A stretch of DNA of 64,000 nt from Flaccisagitta enflata (GCA_965153355.1 OZ231126.1:22196001-22260000); one strand, 5' to 3'; positions 43,287-58,100 are shown, counted from the stretch's first letter. The notes: a model not told the origin generated them from the letters alone. Numbers and translations: made by a program.

Positions 43287-46200
43287 TAACACCTTAGCAT
43301 AAAAGAGAGTGTTATCAGACGATAATGGGTCCCTCTTAATTGTTACGGAAATGAGAAGCATCAACAAAGAGGGGGAAAATAAAAGCTGGAAATTGCGCGG
43401 AAAGCCAAACATTGCAACGCTGACCGTGTTCTCATTGGAAGAAGTTGTTTTCATCTAAATTAATTGATTTCTTGGTTTGCGTCATTTGTTGCATAGAAGC
43501 TCAAATTTCAATATCGTTGATTAATGGCTTGATATTGATGAAATATTTTATGCATTCAATGCAACATCAAATGCATTCTCAACAAGAATAATTAGTGAAC
43601 CAATTGATCAACCTTAGACATAAAGTCATAGACTAGATTTTTGCGTGACTTAGGATTGAAAACATGCCTCTTGCAACGAAGCTTTTCTGGTCGTATGTGT
43701 AGTACGTACATGATGGAATGGTGGTTTGGTGGCATAGAATCTACAGTATGCATTTAAATCTAAAAAACGTACCAATCTCAATCAACAAACCTATTCGAAA
43801 ACATACTGACTCACTTTGATGAAGAGAAAATATCGCTATAATTTGTTTAAGAAGATATCATGAAGGTAATGCTTGTGTGCTTGGGCAATGGGCACTTTGC
43901 CGTACCCTGTTCGTGTCACCACTCACTATCGACCTTTGATCACCTGACCAACCAATTCAGATATCGCGGCGGACTGATATCACCATTTCGCAGGAACTTT
44001 TGTCAGAATTTGTTCAAAGTAGAAAAACTGCAGGACCTACATAGCGAGATATATCACATGCATGAACAAAATTTGCCGTTCATTACTCTGTCATTCTAGT
44101 TTCAGGCCAAGTGGGATGACCTGTCATGTCAGCAGCCTTCAGAGGGAAGATTTTTGCTTCTTAACAAAAAAAGAAGAATTAAGAGCCCTGAATGTAACAA
44201 TGAAAAAGGCAGGATACACGGCTGGACAGTTGGGCGGACAGTTGGGCAGGGGCAGGGGTGCAAAAAACGCTCGGATTCCAAAAATGTTACAGACGGACGG
44301 GCCAACGGATGGACGGACCGACACGGCAAGGTGTAGAATCGCGTGTCCGCGACTAAGAACAACGCACATTGGGGACCGCTGAACATATGACGCTATGCCT
44401 ATAGCAGCCTTTTAGATCTATAGAGGTAATTTATATCACTGCCTCTACCCCATAACCAAGGTAGCCTGATTATTTTCTAGTCGCGTGCTACGCGACTCTA
44501 CACCCTGCTTTGTCGGTCCGTCGGTCTGTCCGTTTGTCGGTCCGTCCGTCGTCACACTTTACTTTTTTTTGAGTTTTTGCGGTCTTTGGCCTCACTGCTC
44601 CTGCCCAAATGATCCAGTGACCTCAAATGCAGCCCCTGCCCACCCGCACGCGACTCGGGTAGCCGTGTATCCGGCCTTGTTTTCTTTTACAGTTACACCC
44701 CGCTTTAACGTACCCAAGAGGGATGGATATCCGCCTAAAATTTATGTTAAACTTTGGTCCCTTCAAGTAATTTTCTTTTCATTTCTATTTTGACAAAAAT
44801 AGAACTCCACCTGTCATGGATGAAACCTGGTTGTGTTCCTGTTCGTTTTGGTCCTTTAACATTCGTTATCGCGGGGTTCAAAATGTTCATCCACAATTTC
44901 AAGCCCCAATTTTTCAACATCCAACCTAAAATCTGTTGATGTCCCCCCGGCTCCACTACTCCGTGCCCCCCCCCCCTCCCTCAAAGTGGATTGAACTCAT
45001 CACCTAGCAAAAGTTTTCGTCATCAACCACCCTCAATCACCTCACAACCCAAATCCACTTCATTGGTAAGCCATCTTTGCAAAAGATTCGGGCTGCGAGG
45101 TTGGCTGGCATGAACATTGAACAAACACGTTATCATCCATTTGCCTTTTTTTCCTATTGGAGTGAAAGCAACGCGACGCTGTCACAACAAGATTGCCAAC
45201 CACCAAATTTTTTTTCTCGTCTTCAAAAAAATATTATGACGTGTGAGAAATAAGCAGCGCGGCGTTAAGAGTAAGTTCATACTTAATCTTTCAAAAATGT
45301 CGTTCTGTTATATCATTTTGCCCACGGCGCGCCCGTTCATGATTATCATTACTGGACAATAGTGGCATGATAGTTCTTTTAATCGTCATTCCATTTTTGG
45401 GGGACCCCTTTTAAAGTCGTGTGAAAGCGATGCTGTCCACAGGAGGTAGGATAGAACACTCACAGGTAGTTCCGTCCAAAAAGTGGAATAATGTGTACAT
45501 CCATTTGTGATAGAGCAAGATTGGACCAAATATGAAAATATTAGTGTACCACTGAAAAGAAATGGTTCATTCTAAAAAAACCTTGGCGCTCCTAAATGAA
45601 TTAAGCCACAGATCCCAGACTAGTAGCTTCTTGAATAGCTTTTTTCATTTGAGACCAATCTGATTATTTGGGAGCAGTGTTCACCAAAGGTTTTTGGGAT
45701 GAACAACTTTTTTTCTAAGAAGATATTGCTCCAGCCAATTCATACGCAACTGTCTCAGTCACATGTGAACACACTTTCTTTCTAAAAGATTTTTTTCAAG
45801 GGCAAAAACGGAAAGCCGTCGTTGCAAATGAAAATAGGAGAAAAAAAACAAGGTCGCTGAACCCAGTTTGCCTATTTTTGCGTTCTTTTGGAGGATTTTC
45901 ATAAAGAAGGTACATTCACGCATTTATGACTTAGAGTAATCGTACAAGCCATCCCACATTTTTCCTTTTTGATTCATATTCAGTATTCATGACTGTCATC
46001 GAAATATTTTAAGCATCCTCCATAGCATTCACTTACCAACAAAGTTGTACTAAGGTAAATCATTTGCCCTCTATGTCTTCTGCAAATTCTGAAATACTTT
46101 TTTAAGCCGCGGCCCCAAAGGGCCGTTGTCCTGTAAGACACAGGGGTGAATTTCCAGATGTCCCTCCTTCCATCCGTCCATCTCCCCCCTTTGACCATCC

Positions 46201-46764
46201 GGGCCTCAAATCAGCACTCTCAGGCCTGATTTTGGCCCTCTTCACCCTCAAAATAGCCCTCTCAGGCCTCATGTTAGGCCCCATGACCTCTTTAATGTTA
46301 CTCCAAATCATTTCTCCCTTTCTCTTTGTCGCGTCACTATCCTTTTTGGGCAGCGACCCCAAAAGGCCGATGTCCTGTAGGACACAGGGGTGAATTTCCA
46401 TACGTCCGTCGGTCCGTCCTTCCGTCCGTCCTTCCGTCCTTTCGTCCGTCCCCCCCCATAGACCATCAATGCCTCAGAATTCCATCGGATAACATGAAGG
46501 AAATTGTCAAAATGCGAACTTCCCATTGAATAACATGGAAAATTTACAAAAATAGAAAAATGCGTTTCCCTTTGAATAACAAGGAAAATTGATGAAAACT
46601 AAGAAAAATGTAAAATTCCTATTGAATAACATGGCAAATTGTGAAATCTATAAATAATGCAAAATTTCCATTGAATATCATGAAAAATTGATACTAAGGT
46701 ATCCAATTTGCCCTTTCAGGACGTACGGAAATTCACCCCTGTGTCCTACAGTCTACTTGTTCAG

Positions 46765-47170
46765 TAGAGGGAGTAAAATATGACTTTTCTGGAAAAAAAC
46801 CTCGTATACGTGATAAATGTTTGTGGTTGTAATACTTTTGAAGGTGGAAACTTGCAAAAATCGATTTATCCCGCCGCTATCTACTTCGCTCCAGTCTCTA
46901 ACTGGGTGACTGTCATGATCATGATGACATTTTTCATCCATACCCTCTTACATTTAAACGGCTGTCAAATCTTAACGAAATGAGATATTGACATGCAGTT
47001 TTCACCGCTAGATAGCTCTTGAGCCAAAGTTTTATTAGCTTATGGATTAAAAGTTGATTTTTGAGTTCTAAGTGGCCTAATTTTTGGGGCAAAATGACTA
47101 CGGAAGGTAGTTTTTTATCCATTCAAAATATCTTCTTAATTGAACTAAAAAGGTTTGACACTCATTTCAG

Positions 47171-47238
<68 letters not shown>

Positions 47239-50200
47239 AACACAGAAACAGAAACGCTGTAACTTCTTGAAAAAAAAAATTTTATAGCGCATGGAACATT
47301 TTTAGTGGCGTGCTACGCGACTCTACACACTGCTTTGTTGGTCCGTCCATGTCCATCGGTCGGTCAGTCTGTCCGTCGGTCGTCCGTTGGTCGATCGTCC
47401 GTCCGTCAGTCCGTCCGTCAGTCAGTCCATCGATCCGATCCGTCGGTCCATCCGTCACCGTAGCAGTTTTGGTTTTTGCTGCCCCTGTGCCCAAACCATC
47501 TGATGACCTCAATTATGGCCCCTGCCCACCCGCACGCGACTGGGGTAACTGTGTATCCGGCCTTGTTTTTGCACATTTCATAACAACAAGCCCAACAGGC
47601 CAACAGTCGCGTTTTACAGTAAAACACACCACTGCTTGCATACATCCTCCTTTCCTTCCTTCCTTCCTTCATTCCTTCCTGCCTTCCTCTGTCCCTCCCT
47701 ACCTTCCTTCCATTCTTTCTTTCCTTCCCTCCATTCTTTCTTTCCTTCCTCCCATTCTTTCTTTCCTTCCTTCTTCTCTCCCTCCCTCCCTTTTGTCCTT
47801 CCTCCCCTCCAAGGCCGTGCAATATGTATTGGTATTATATCAATACGATATCGATACAATATTGATACAATGCTGATATACCCCGCTCGAACAAGTTTCA
47901 AGGGACCAGGCCCCCTTTTCTGTAAGAGGTGGAAATCCATTAGAGCCATCTCGACTGTGCCATCAAAATTTCATTAATCACATTCAAAATGAGGAATGTA
48001 AATTTTTTTTCATAGATAAAAAGGCACTCTGTTGCATTAGTCCAGAGGAAAAAAAATATTTTTGTTATTTAAAAAAAAAAACATTTTTAATCGCGGATAC
48101 CAGACTCTACACCTTGCCGAGTTGGTCGGTAGGTCTGTCGGTCCTTCTGTCCATCCGTCCGTAGCATTTTTGAATTGCGAGCAATTTTTGCCATCATGCT
48201 CCTGCCCAACCGCTCACAACTGGATTGCCGTGTATCCGGCCTTGTTTTTTTATAGAAAAATGAAATGATTCATTTTGCTACCTTTTTTCCCGTTCTCATT
48301 TTTTTAGTCGCTTGTTACGTGGGTAGGTTGGTCAGTGGGTCCCTTTTTTGGGCAGCGGCCCCAAAGGGGACCATGTCCTGTAGAACATGGGGGTACTTTT
48401 GTTCATTCGTCCATCTGTCCATCCATCCTTGTACACCACCCCCTGCCTATAGGCTCAGATTCCAGCCTGGAGGCTTAAATCCCAGCCTGGAGGCCAAAAT
48501 CAAGCATGGAGGCTCAAGTCCCAGCTTGGAGAATTAAATCTCAGTCTTGAGGCTCAAATCCCCGCCTAATGGCTCAAATACCAGCTTCAAGGCCAAATCC
48601 TGGCTTCTTGGCTTTAATCCAACATCCAGGCTCAAATCCCAGCCTTGGGGCTCAAATCCTAGCCTTGAGGCTAAAATCCCAGCCTAGGGGCCAAAATCCT
48701 AGTTGCCCTTTGCAGTATATGTGTGTGTTATGGTGAAGAGAGAGCAGCGGCCCCAAAGGCTGGTGACATGGTGATTAGGGGTGGTGAATGTTGAGATAAG
48801 TAATTCTCCTTGATAGGTGGTCATTCTGGGCCAGTGTGTTATGCTTAATAAGTTTTGATGTTGGGATATGAGCCTCTGGTCTGGATTTTGAGCCTCTAAG
48901 CTTGATATTGAGCCTGGAGGCTAGATTTTGAGCCTCGAGACTGGATTTTGAGCCTCAAGGCTGGGTTTTGAGTCTCAAGGCTGGGTTTTGAGTTGCGAGG
49001 CTGGAATTTGAGCCGGGGGCAGGGGCATCCAACCCTCATCCATACCCCATGCTTCCCACACCCCACACATACACAACACCCCACACATACACACCCCACA
49101 CATACACAACAGGACTTCGTCCTCTTCGGGGCCGCTGCCCAAAAACTATCTAAAACGCTTATTTTTGCACTTTTCAACTCGTGTCCATGGACCGACCGAT
49201 GGATGGACAAAGCCTGATAGAGTTGCATGTCGGCAACTAAAAATTTGCATTCAAGCCAAAATTTTGTTACAGGTGGAACAGAATTTTCTTTTCAAGAAAA
49301 CTAAAAGAAATAAGTACTTAAGCTTTCCATGTGGTTAAATCAGTACCTATAGTACCCTTAAGTACCCTAAATTACTCTTAAATACCCGAAAGTACTTTAA
49401 ATACCTAGAGTACTTACCGGGTCATCAATCTGGACTGGGAAAAAGTGTTAAGCTTTTGCTCTCAGCTGCTTCTTCTCACTGGTTTGGAAATCATTTTCTT
49501 TTTTAGTACTATGTTTGACGTTTTTTGTATCCAAATTCTATAAGTCTGCGTTAAATACTTTGTCCACAACATTAATTTGAAGAAAAACAAGCCTTTTCAG
49601 ATATAGCTCAAATTAGCCTTAGTTTACCAAAACTGTTTTTCTTAGATTTGCTCTTATTTTTTATTGGATTGAGCAGCAAATGTCAGATTTGTCTCAGTTG
49701 AAGATATTGTAATGGATTTTAAAAAAAACATCTTTTTGTTGAGACCATTTTAGCATTTGCAGCTCAAACTGATCAAAAATGAGGGAAAATAGTTTTGATG
49801 AAAACAGGATAAATTGAGCTTCAGCCACAAATACTTGTTTTACTTCAAATTGATGTTGTGGACAAAATATTTAAGCTAGAATAATCAAATTTGAACACAA
49901 AAAACGTCAAACATAGTACTATAAAGAAAAATCAATTCCAGGTCCTTGAGAAGAAGCATCTGAGGGTAAAAGCTTAATACTTTTTCCCAATCCAGATTGA
50001 TGACCCTGTAAATGTACCCTTAAGTACCATTTTGTACCCTTTATTACCTCAAATTATCCTAAAAAGCCGAAAATTCAAAAATATTTTTAACATACTAACC
50101 AACGTACTGACCGACAGACCAAGGTGGAGTTACATGCACGCGACTAAAAAGTGCCATTTCAATAATTCAACACTACAGTACAAAAAAATGATTAAGTTAT

Positions 50201-50646
50201 GGATAATGTTTGTTTAAATGCTTTTGTCTTAAACTTGTGTGTGGGTGGGTTTGCGCGAGTGACTGAGCTAAAGGGTGAGTGAATACCCTCTGAAAACAAC
50301 ATCAACTTTGAAAGCCTGTTGCTCCTAAACGAATAAAGCTACATACCTCAGCTTAGGCTCATTTTAAAGAGCTGTGTCAGCTCTTTAAAATGAGTCCAAG
50401 ATAAAGTCAATTACTCAATTCGTTTCAGAGATATAAGCTTTTAAAGTTACCCCTCTTGGTTAGAAGTGATTTCACCATGAAAATCACTTCAATCATTTTA
50501 AAGTGGAGTATAGGAGCTGGAGCGAAGTGGTTAGCAGCGGGAGAAATCGATTTTTTCAAGTTTCTACATTCAAAAATATTACAACCTTACACATTTATCA
50601 CCTAAACGAGTATTTTTTCCAAATAATTCATCTTTTACTCCCTCTA
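46765..50646. mobile_element. Non-coding long-TIR DNA transposon (hAT- or MULE-like) with 8-bp TSD, filled with nested elements
   Basis: TSD TTGTTCAG at 46757-46764 and 50647-50654, with ~135-bp imperfect TIRs TAGAGGGAGTAAAA... / ...TTTTACTCCCCTCTA. Confidence 0.75.
49417..50008. mobile_element. TA-flanked fold-back MITE related to 23457-24209
   Basis: ta|CCGGGTCATCAATCTGGACTGGGAAAAAGT ... ACTTTTTCCCAATCCAGATTGATGACCCTG|ta, interrupting an (AAGTACCCTT)n-like array. Confidence 0.8.
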
Positions 50647-51127
50647 TTGTTCAGCTAATCACTCCAAGCAGGGCATCGGGTACCGCTGACCATATGCGAT
50701 CCTTGGATGACTTGTTATACTTCCATGCTGTCAGCCATTGTGGTGTCACCGTCCTTCACTCCCCTTCACCCCCCTTCTCCCTTCCAGCAACCCTGGCAGT
50801 TGGTCATTAGCGTCACTTTGCCTCTCACCCTGCAATCCCCAACCGTCACACCAACAACCCATGCTGTTGGCCGATTGTGTGTCATCGCCTTCCGCCCTCC
50901 CCTTCCCTCCCATCTACCAATGCCGTCAGCTGTTAGTGTGTCATCGCCTCTCGCCCTACCCTTCCCTCCCATCTACCAATGCCGTCAGCCCGTCAGCTGT
51001 TAGTGTGTCATCGCCTCTCGCCCCCTCTCCCTGTTCCACATAAGCTTGTTCGCCATGTAGGTCTGGATTAGTTTTGTTTCTATTGCGTTCATCCACGATT
51101 CGAAAAGAACCTTTAACACCTTCTTAA

Positions 51128-51724
51128 GTCGGGGTGCAAACGAAGACAAAATTTGAATTTCATTTACATTAAACTGATACATATAGTTATCCGTGTAGGT
51201 AATAAGTTTTGTAATAAAAAATATTATACTCCTGATTTTTTTAGAAATATTAGAATATAATCACAATATAAAAAGTTTCTATTGCATATTTATAAAGACC
51301 AAAGTTATTCAATAAAACAAGAGAATTTCTCTTAAAAATGAGAGGAAAAGTTCAGAAAGTTGTTAGGTAAAATTATATTTCTGCTTCTGAATGCAAAATT
51401 TTGCATTTCTAAACACATGGCTCTTATCTTATGAGTCTTTAGAAAGACGCCATGTTTTTGAAAATGACAATTTTTGAATCTCTATGCAAAGTTATATTTT
51501 ACCTAAGACAGATAGTAAAAAAGATTTTGCTTAAAAACTCCTTTCTGTCCTTTATGTGTTTCATGTTATTTTCTTTGGACACAAAAATGGTTTTTAATGC
51601 AAAAATAGTTTTTACATAAACTGATTATTATTTTTTATTGATGAAATACGCAAATTAATAATATATATCACATTGCTAAAAAACATGTTGACTGATCAAA
51701 TTTTGTCTTCGATTGCACCTCGAC
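51128..51724. mobile_element. TIR MITE
   Basis: GTCGGGGTGCAAACGAAGACAAAATTTGA / TCAAATTTTGTCTTCGATTGCACCTCGAC, with AT-rich flanks (ttaa/ataa). Confidence 0.65.
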
Positions 51725-52661
51725 ATAATAACTTCAAATCTGCCAAGTGCTACAATCTATGTAACAATCAGCCTCCTTCTAATCCACTCTCCTTGCCTCC
51801 TATTCTCTCCTTAAGAATCCGTTGAGGAAGGGTAGAATGGAACTAGGGTTAGTAGTGTGCAAAAGGTAGCGGCAGCAAGTTGCTCTCACAATTTTCTCTC
51901 ATCCATCTGTCCGTCCAACCGTCATTCAATATGTTCACCCCCATCTTTTTCTTTTTGTTCAGGCCAAACTGGGGTCAAATTCGGTTCCTTTTATTTCTTT
52001 TTTTTTTCATCCAGTTTTTTGCTCTTTCTATTTTTCCGGTTTCTTTTCACGATTCATGAAATGCATCACAGTTGGTCGGTTGGTCCGTCACAGTCTACTT
52101 TTTAGGTTTTCGCGGTCTTTGGTCTCACTGCTCCTGCCCAAATTCTCCAGTGAACTCAAATTTGGCCCCTGCCCTACCGCACGCGACTGGGATAGCCGTG
52201 TATCCGGCCTTGCTTTTTTCATTCTTACAGTCTCACAGCACGATTACCCTCCAGGGTCTCCCTACAGTCTCTCAGCGCCCGCGCTCTCTTCCCATCTTCA
52301 TGCCCATGGGTACTTTGAAAGAGAGTTCTACTTCTGCTATGCCTATCGTCCGAGGAAAAAAAAAAAGAAAAAAAGAAAGAAAAAGAAAAGGAAAAGCTAA
52401 ATATTTATTGAGTCTTGTGCATGCGATTATACAAATGACCAGGCCTCCATGATTTAGTACTCAAGCAAGTAAACAAACATTTGTTCAAATGTTTTGCATT
52501 TCTTTGTCGACTGGAACGGTTTTTGACTCCTATTATTTTCTAGTTTGTCTAGGTCATTATCTCCTTCCTTTGCGTTAGGTGTCGTTTTTGACCTCAATTT
52601 CTGTTTTTCTAGTCTATCTGGTCGTTCAACTCTCTGTATCTGTCTGTCTGTCTGCCATCTC

Positions 52662-52734
<73 letters not shown>

Positions 52735-52743
52735 GTCTGTCTT

Positions 52744-52917
<174 letters not shown>

Positions 52918-54430
52918 TCTCTCTCTCTCATTCTTTCTTTCTCTTTGCTTCTCTTCACCTTTTCATTTTGGACTGTTCTAACATCCATTGGGGTCGTGGC
53001 CTATGGGGGTCGAACCCCTTTCCCCTCCATTTCCTATCTTGCTCAGGCTTCGCTGCCCAGAGACAAGAAATATTCCGAAGATTGTTTTGAAGCGATTTTT
53101 CCCTCCTTCTACGCGATTTTGAAAAGAGGATCTTGAAGTATTTTGTTGCTGTTGTTGTTTTTTTTTTTTATGTTCTCATTTCTTTTCTTTCTTTTTGAGT
53201 CACGGACACGGCTCTATAAGCCACTTTTCGGTCCGTCGGTCCGTCCGTCCGTCGGTCGGTCACAAAGTTGTTTAATGAGGTTTTCCGCTCCAGCCCACCC
53301 GTCCGCGACTAATCCTGCCGTGTATACGGCCTTGTTCTTTTTTACTGCGCTCACTTATGAGGAACTTTCCCATTTCCTTTCAATTTCCACAGCATCCCCC
53401 CAGCTCAGTTTTAAGCCGTAAGGCCTAGATCCCAGCCTCAAGGCCGAAACCCTAGCCTTTAAGCCCATCCAACCTAATGGCTCAAATTCCAGCCTTGTTA
53501 CCCAAATACGACTCTTGAGGCCAAAATCCAAGCTTCAAAGCCCAATTCATAGCCTTTTCGACCTAATCTCTGCCTTGAGGCCCAAATTTCAGTTTCGAGG
53601 CCTTTTCCACTGTTTCACTTTCACTACCCCAATGGACGTATAACTCCCCAAGACTCCTGATCAGCTCAAGGCCTCATGCCTCGGTTAACATTCTATATTG
53701 GGTCATTGCCCCTGTCACCATCTTATCTCAACATACAGTAGTTTCGGGGCATTGGGTGCTCGGGTTCATTAAATGCTTTTGCGACTATTCCTTCAACTTC
53801 TCCCCCGCCTCCCCCCCCCCCCCCTTCTTGTAAGGCCTCAGACCCAAACCCCAGTCTCAAGGCCCAAATTCCAGCTTCAAGACCCAAATTTCCGCCTCGA
53901 GGCTCAAATCCTGGTAATCCAATGAATTCGCCTCGAATCCTTCGCCTTGGAATTCAGCGCCTGGATTCCACCGCCTCTGAATCAAGCGTCGCACCGATCG
54001 CATCGCCTCAGGAATAATTCGAGCAACGTGGTATAACTTTAAGTGTTAACCTCTCAGCTCAAATCATAGCCTAGAGCTTCAAATCCAAGCCTTGAGACCC
54101 AAAAACCTTGCCCAAAATCCAGCATTGAGGCATGAAATTTCATTCTTGAAGCCCAAATCTCAGCCCCATGTTCTAATCTTTAGCTACAAGTTGACGATGA
54201 TAATTCCTTGTGCAGTGATTGAATTTTTTCTTTTTTTTGAATCTTTTTCCCCTGTACTTCGTCGTTGCATCAGATTTAGCGAATGGAATTCATGAAGCCA
54301 AAATCTTTTCTTAGTCCCTTCCTCTAAGAAAGACTTTCATCAGCTGCAGAAAGCAGTGGAAAAAGTGAATATCTTCAGTCAAATCCCGCTCTATCGAATT
54401 TTAAGGGACTAACAAATCTTATCTGTTATA

Positions 54431-55122
54431 ACCATGCCCAAATAAAAAAACCGTACATCTTAGTCTCCTGAATAGCTCTTATTCCATAAAATCATAAAAA
54501 ATCAGTGACCATTTGAATGATCTTCGAAATTTCTTTAAATCTAGACCAAGTTGAAAGTATTAGCTCTTTGAGTTTTGTAATGGTCACCCTTTAAAGAAAG
54601 CACCCTCCAAAACACACAATTAACAGAATCTTATGTCAAAGAAATTCTCTTTATATTGATATAAAAAGACAAAAAATCGACGAAACTCAAAAAAATTCTT
54701 GAGAAAATGAAAATTAAGCAATTTCTCTTCACAATGGCGCCGAGCAGAGATTAGTAGCTTTATTCGTCTAGAAATGGTGATCAATCAAAGATAACCACTA
54801 TCTGGCAGATCACAATTTGAGACTTTTTTTCTATTTCTTAAAAGTTTTCAATGAAAATACTTATGCAATGGCGCTAATGAACGATTTTTAGAATGTCTTT
54901 AAGATTCTCATAGATTATTTGTAAATTATAAAAAAACAAGGCCAAGTAGGCTAATAGGTGCGACGTGTGGATCGTCGAACGAATGCGTTACCGACAGACC
55001 GAACAGAACAGACAGACCAACCGACAGACGGACACAGCCAGTTATAGAGGTGCTTTGTCGCACCTAAAAATTTAAGGTTATGGTACAAATAGTAAACGTA
55101 CGGTTTTTCATTTGGGCATGGT
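54431..55122. mobile_element. TA-flanked MITE containing a family B HINE, itself inserted in a pogo-like MITE
   Basis: ta|ACCATGCCCAAATAAAAAAACCGTAC ... GTACGGTTTTTCATTTGGGCATGGT|ta. Confidence 0.75.
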
Positions 55123-58100
55123 TAGGCAGAATTCTGTTAGAGCCAATATTGAAAATAAAAAAAAAGAAAGTTGAAGTGATCCTTGAAGGTGTGTCTGCAT
55201 TAGTAGTGTCCTAACTTCGCGAGCGATTGAGATGCACAAAGAGTTAAAGCAAGTTATGTATGTGTAGTTCAAGTTTGGAAACTATCAAGGTCATCCGTTG
55301 AGTGCAATGATTCCACCAAGGATGTTTTGTGACAGGGGGTCCGGGTCATCGGCGGATCTTTGTCACAAGTGTTCTTTTGTTGACCTTCCTCCTTAAGGGG
55401 GTCATGCAGGGTTGATTTTGGAAATTCCTTGTGGAACTCTGGAATCAACCCTGCATGACATTATGAAGGAAGGTCACTGCGACACTTATGACAGGAGCGC
55501 CGATGACCAGACCTGTCACAAAACATTGAAACTTAATTCACATGCATCTTGCTTTTAACTCTTTGTGCATCTCTATAAGATAAGTTTATATAATCTTTGT
55601 TTACAGATCATCAACTATTTTTTTTATTTTCAATGAAATATAACAGTGCTAACCTAACCATGCTGAAATGAAAAACCATGCGTTACTATTTAATATATAA
55701 TATAAATTTTAGGTAAGATAAAGCACGCATAACAGTGGCTGTGTCGTCTGTCAGTGGTACTATTCACGTCTGTCTGTCGGTCGGTAACGCATTCGTTCGA
55801 CGATCCACACGTCGCACCTATTAGCCTACTTGGCCTTGTTTTTTTATAATTTACAAATAATCTATGAGAATCTTAAAGACATTCTAAAAATCGTTCATTA
55901 GCGCCATTGCATAAGTATTTTCATTGAAAACTTTTAAGAAATAGAAAAAAAGTCTCAAATTGTGATCTGCCAGATAGTGGTTATCTTTGATTGATCACCA
56001 TTTCTAGACGAATAAAGCTACTAATCTCTGCTCGGCGCCATTGTGAAGAGAAATTGCTTAATTTTCATTTTCTCAAGAATTTTTTTGAGTTTCGTCGATT
56101 TTTTGTCTTTTTATATCAATATAAAGAGAATTTCTTTGACATAAGATTCTGTTAATTGTGTGTTTTGGAGGGTGCTTTCTTTAAAGGGTGACCATTACAA
56201 AACTCAAAGAGCTAATACTTTCAACTTGGTCTAGATTTAAAGAAATTTCGAAGATCATTCAAATGGTCACTGATTTTTTATGATTTTATGGAATAAGAGC
56301 TATTCAGGAGACTAAGATGTACGGTTTTTTTATTTGGGCATGGTTATAACAGATAAGATTTGTTAGTCCCTTAAAATTCGATAGAGCGGGATTTGACTGA
56401 AGATATTCACTTTTTCCACTGCTTTCTGCAGCTGATGAAAGTCTTTCTTAGAGGAAGGGACTAAGAAAAGATTTTGGCTTCATGAATTCCATTCGCTAAA
56501 TCTGATGCAACGACGAAGTACAGGGGAAAAAGATTCAAAAAAAAGAAAAAATTCAATCACTGCACAAGGAATTATCATCGTCAACTTGTAGCTAAAGATT
56601 AGAACATGGGGCTGAGATTTGGGCTTCAAGAATGAAATTTCATGCCTCAATGCTGGATTTTGGGCAAGGTTTTTGGGTCTCAAGGCTTGGATTTGAAGCT
56701 CTAGGCTATGATTTGAGCTGAGAGGTTAACACTTAAAGTTATACCACGTTGCTCGAATTATTCCTGAGGCGATGCGATCGGTGCGACGCTTGATTCAGAG
56801 GCGGTGGAATCCAGGCGCTGAATTCCAAGGCGAAGGATTCGAGGCGAATTCATTGGATTACCAGGATTTGAGCCTCGAGGCGGAAATTTGGGTCTTGAAG
56901 CTGGAATTTGGGCCTTGAGACTGGGGTTTGGGTCTGAGGCCTTACAAGAAGGGGGGGGGGGGGGAGGCGTGGGAGAAGTTGAAGGAATAGTCGCAAAAGC
57001 ATTTAATGAACCCGAGCACTAATGCCCGAGGCGAGTGGGGCCGAGATAAGATGTGGGTAAATAGAATGTTGGCTAGGCATGAATAGCTGGGGATTACAAA
57101 ATCCCCATTAGGCCTGTGGCACAGTGAAGACCTCAGAGAGCTGGGTAACTCAGGCGAGATTGGAATAAGAAGCTATGATTGGGCTTTGAAGCTTGGATTT
57201 TGGCCTCAAAAGTCGCTGTTTGTGGCTAGGCTGGAATTTGATGGTCGTGGATAGGCAAGAACAGGTTCTCAGCCTTGGGCTGGGCTAGGCTGCACGACAA
57301 CAGGCTGGGATGCTGTGAAATTGAGGAAATGGTTAAAGAAATGGCGTAAGAACAAAGGCCATCGCGGACGGGTGGGCTGGAAAACCTCGTGCGCTAACTG
57401 TATTCATTCAGACGATTGAACCGCGGTATTTATAAATCGTGTCCGCGACAAGAAGAAAATAGTGATAAAAGAAAAAAAGTGGCAACAGCAACAAAAATAC
57501 TTCAGATCTCACTTTCAAAATCGCGTAGAAAGAGGAAAATCGCTTAAGCAATCTTCAGGGTATTTCTTGTCTCTGGGCAGCGAAGCCTGAGCAAGGTAAG
57601 TGGAGGAAGGTTCGGCCCCAAGGCCACGACTAATGAATCAAACGATCAAAATAATTAACATGAAGCGAAGAAGAACGAACAGACGAACGAACGAACGAAC
57701 GAACAGGTGGTGAACAGACGGGATGGCAGCGAACGGGTTTGTGAAGTTGAACAGCCAGATGTTTGGAAAGCGAAGTGGGCACTGCGCAAGGAAAGTGTGA
57801 CTGGACAAACTGAAAAGGTGGCGAGTCTGTTCGTCGACAAAAATGCAAACATTTGAACAAATGTTTGTTACTGCTGAAATGCTTCATGGGGCCTGGTCAT
57901 TTGTACTAATCACATGCACAGACTCAGTAAATATTTCTTTCTTTCTTTCTCTTTTTCTTTCCTAGGACGACAAACATAGCAATGAAAACTTCTTCCAAAA
58001 GTATGGGCATGAATGGGAAAACATAGGCATGGGCTGACCCTGGAGGTAATCGTGCTTCTGTGAGACTGTAAAGTGAAAAAGCTGGGCAGACCTATCTGAA

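Larger units (their letters stand above)
46342..50716 (+). mobile_element. HINE-like family C element split by a 3.9-kb TIR insertion
   Basis: 5' part 46342-46764 and 3' tail 50655-50716 match 41100-41658. The empty site is visible at 37352-37380. Confidence 0.7.

Noticed and set aside
43770..44045. Possible BTB/BACK-like exon relics (NLFENILTHFDEEK..., ISRRTDITISQELLSEFV)
   Set aside because: Multiple stops and only impressionistic similarity. It cannot be supported without a search.
50357..50395. Perfect 17-bp hairpin as a terminator or ncRNA
   Set aside because: It is the centre of a palindromic MITE-type segment inside the 46765-50646 element.
55380..55430. GIPKSTLHD-like peptide (pogo/psq HTH-like) on the minus strand at the palindrome centre
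   Set aside because: It needs a frameshift, covers only 9 residues and has no further transposase similarity that I can see.
54092..56683. Identical ORF pairs on opposite strands (54092/56480, also 46102/62994 and 45980/63197) as duplicated genes
   Set aside because: They are repeat-derived ORFs mirrored by the large inverted duplication.
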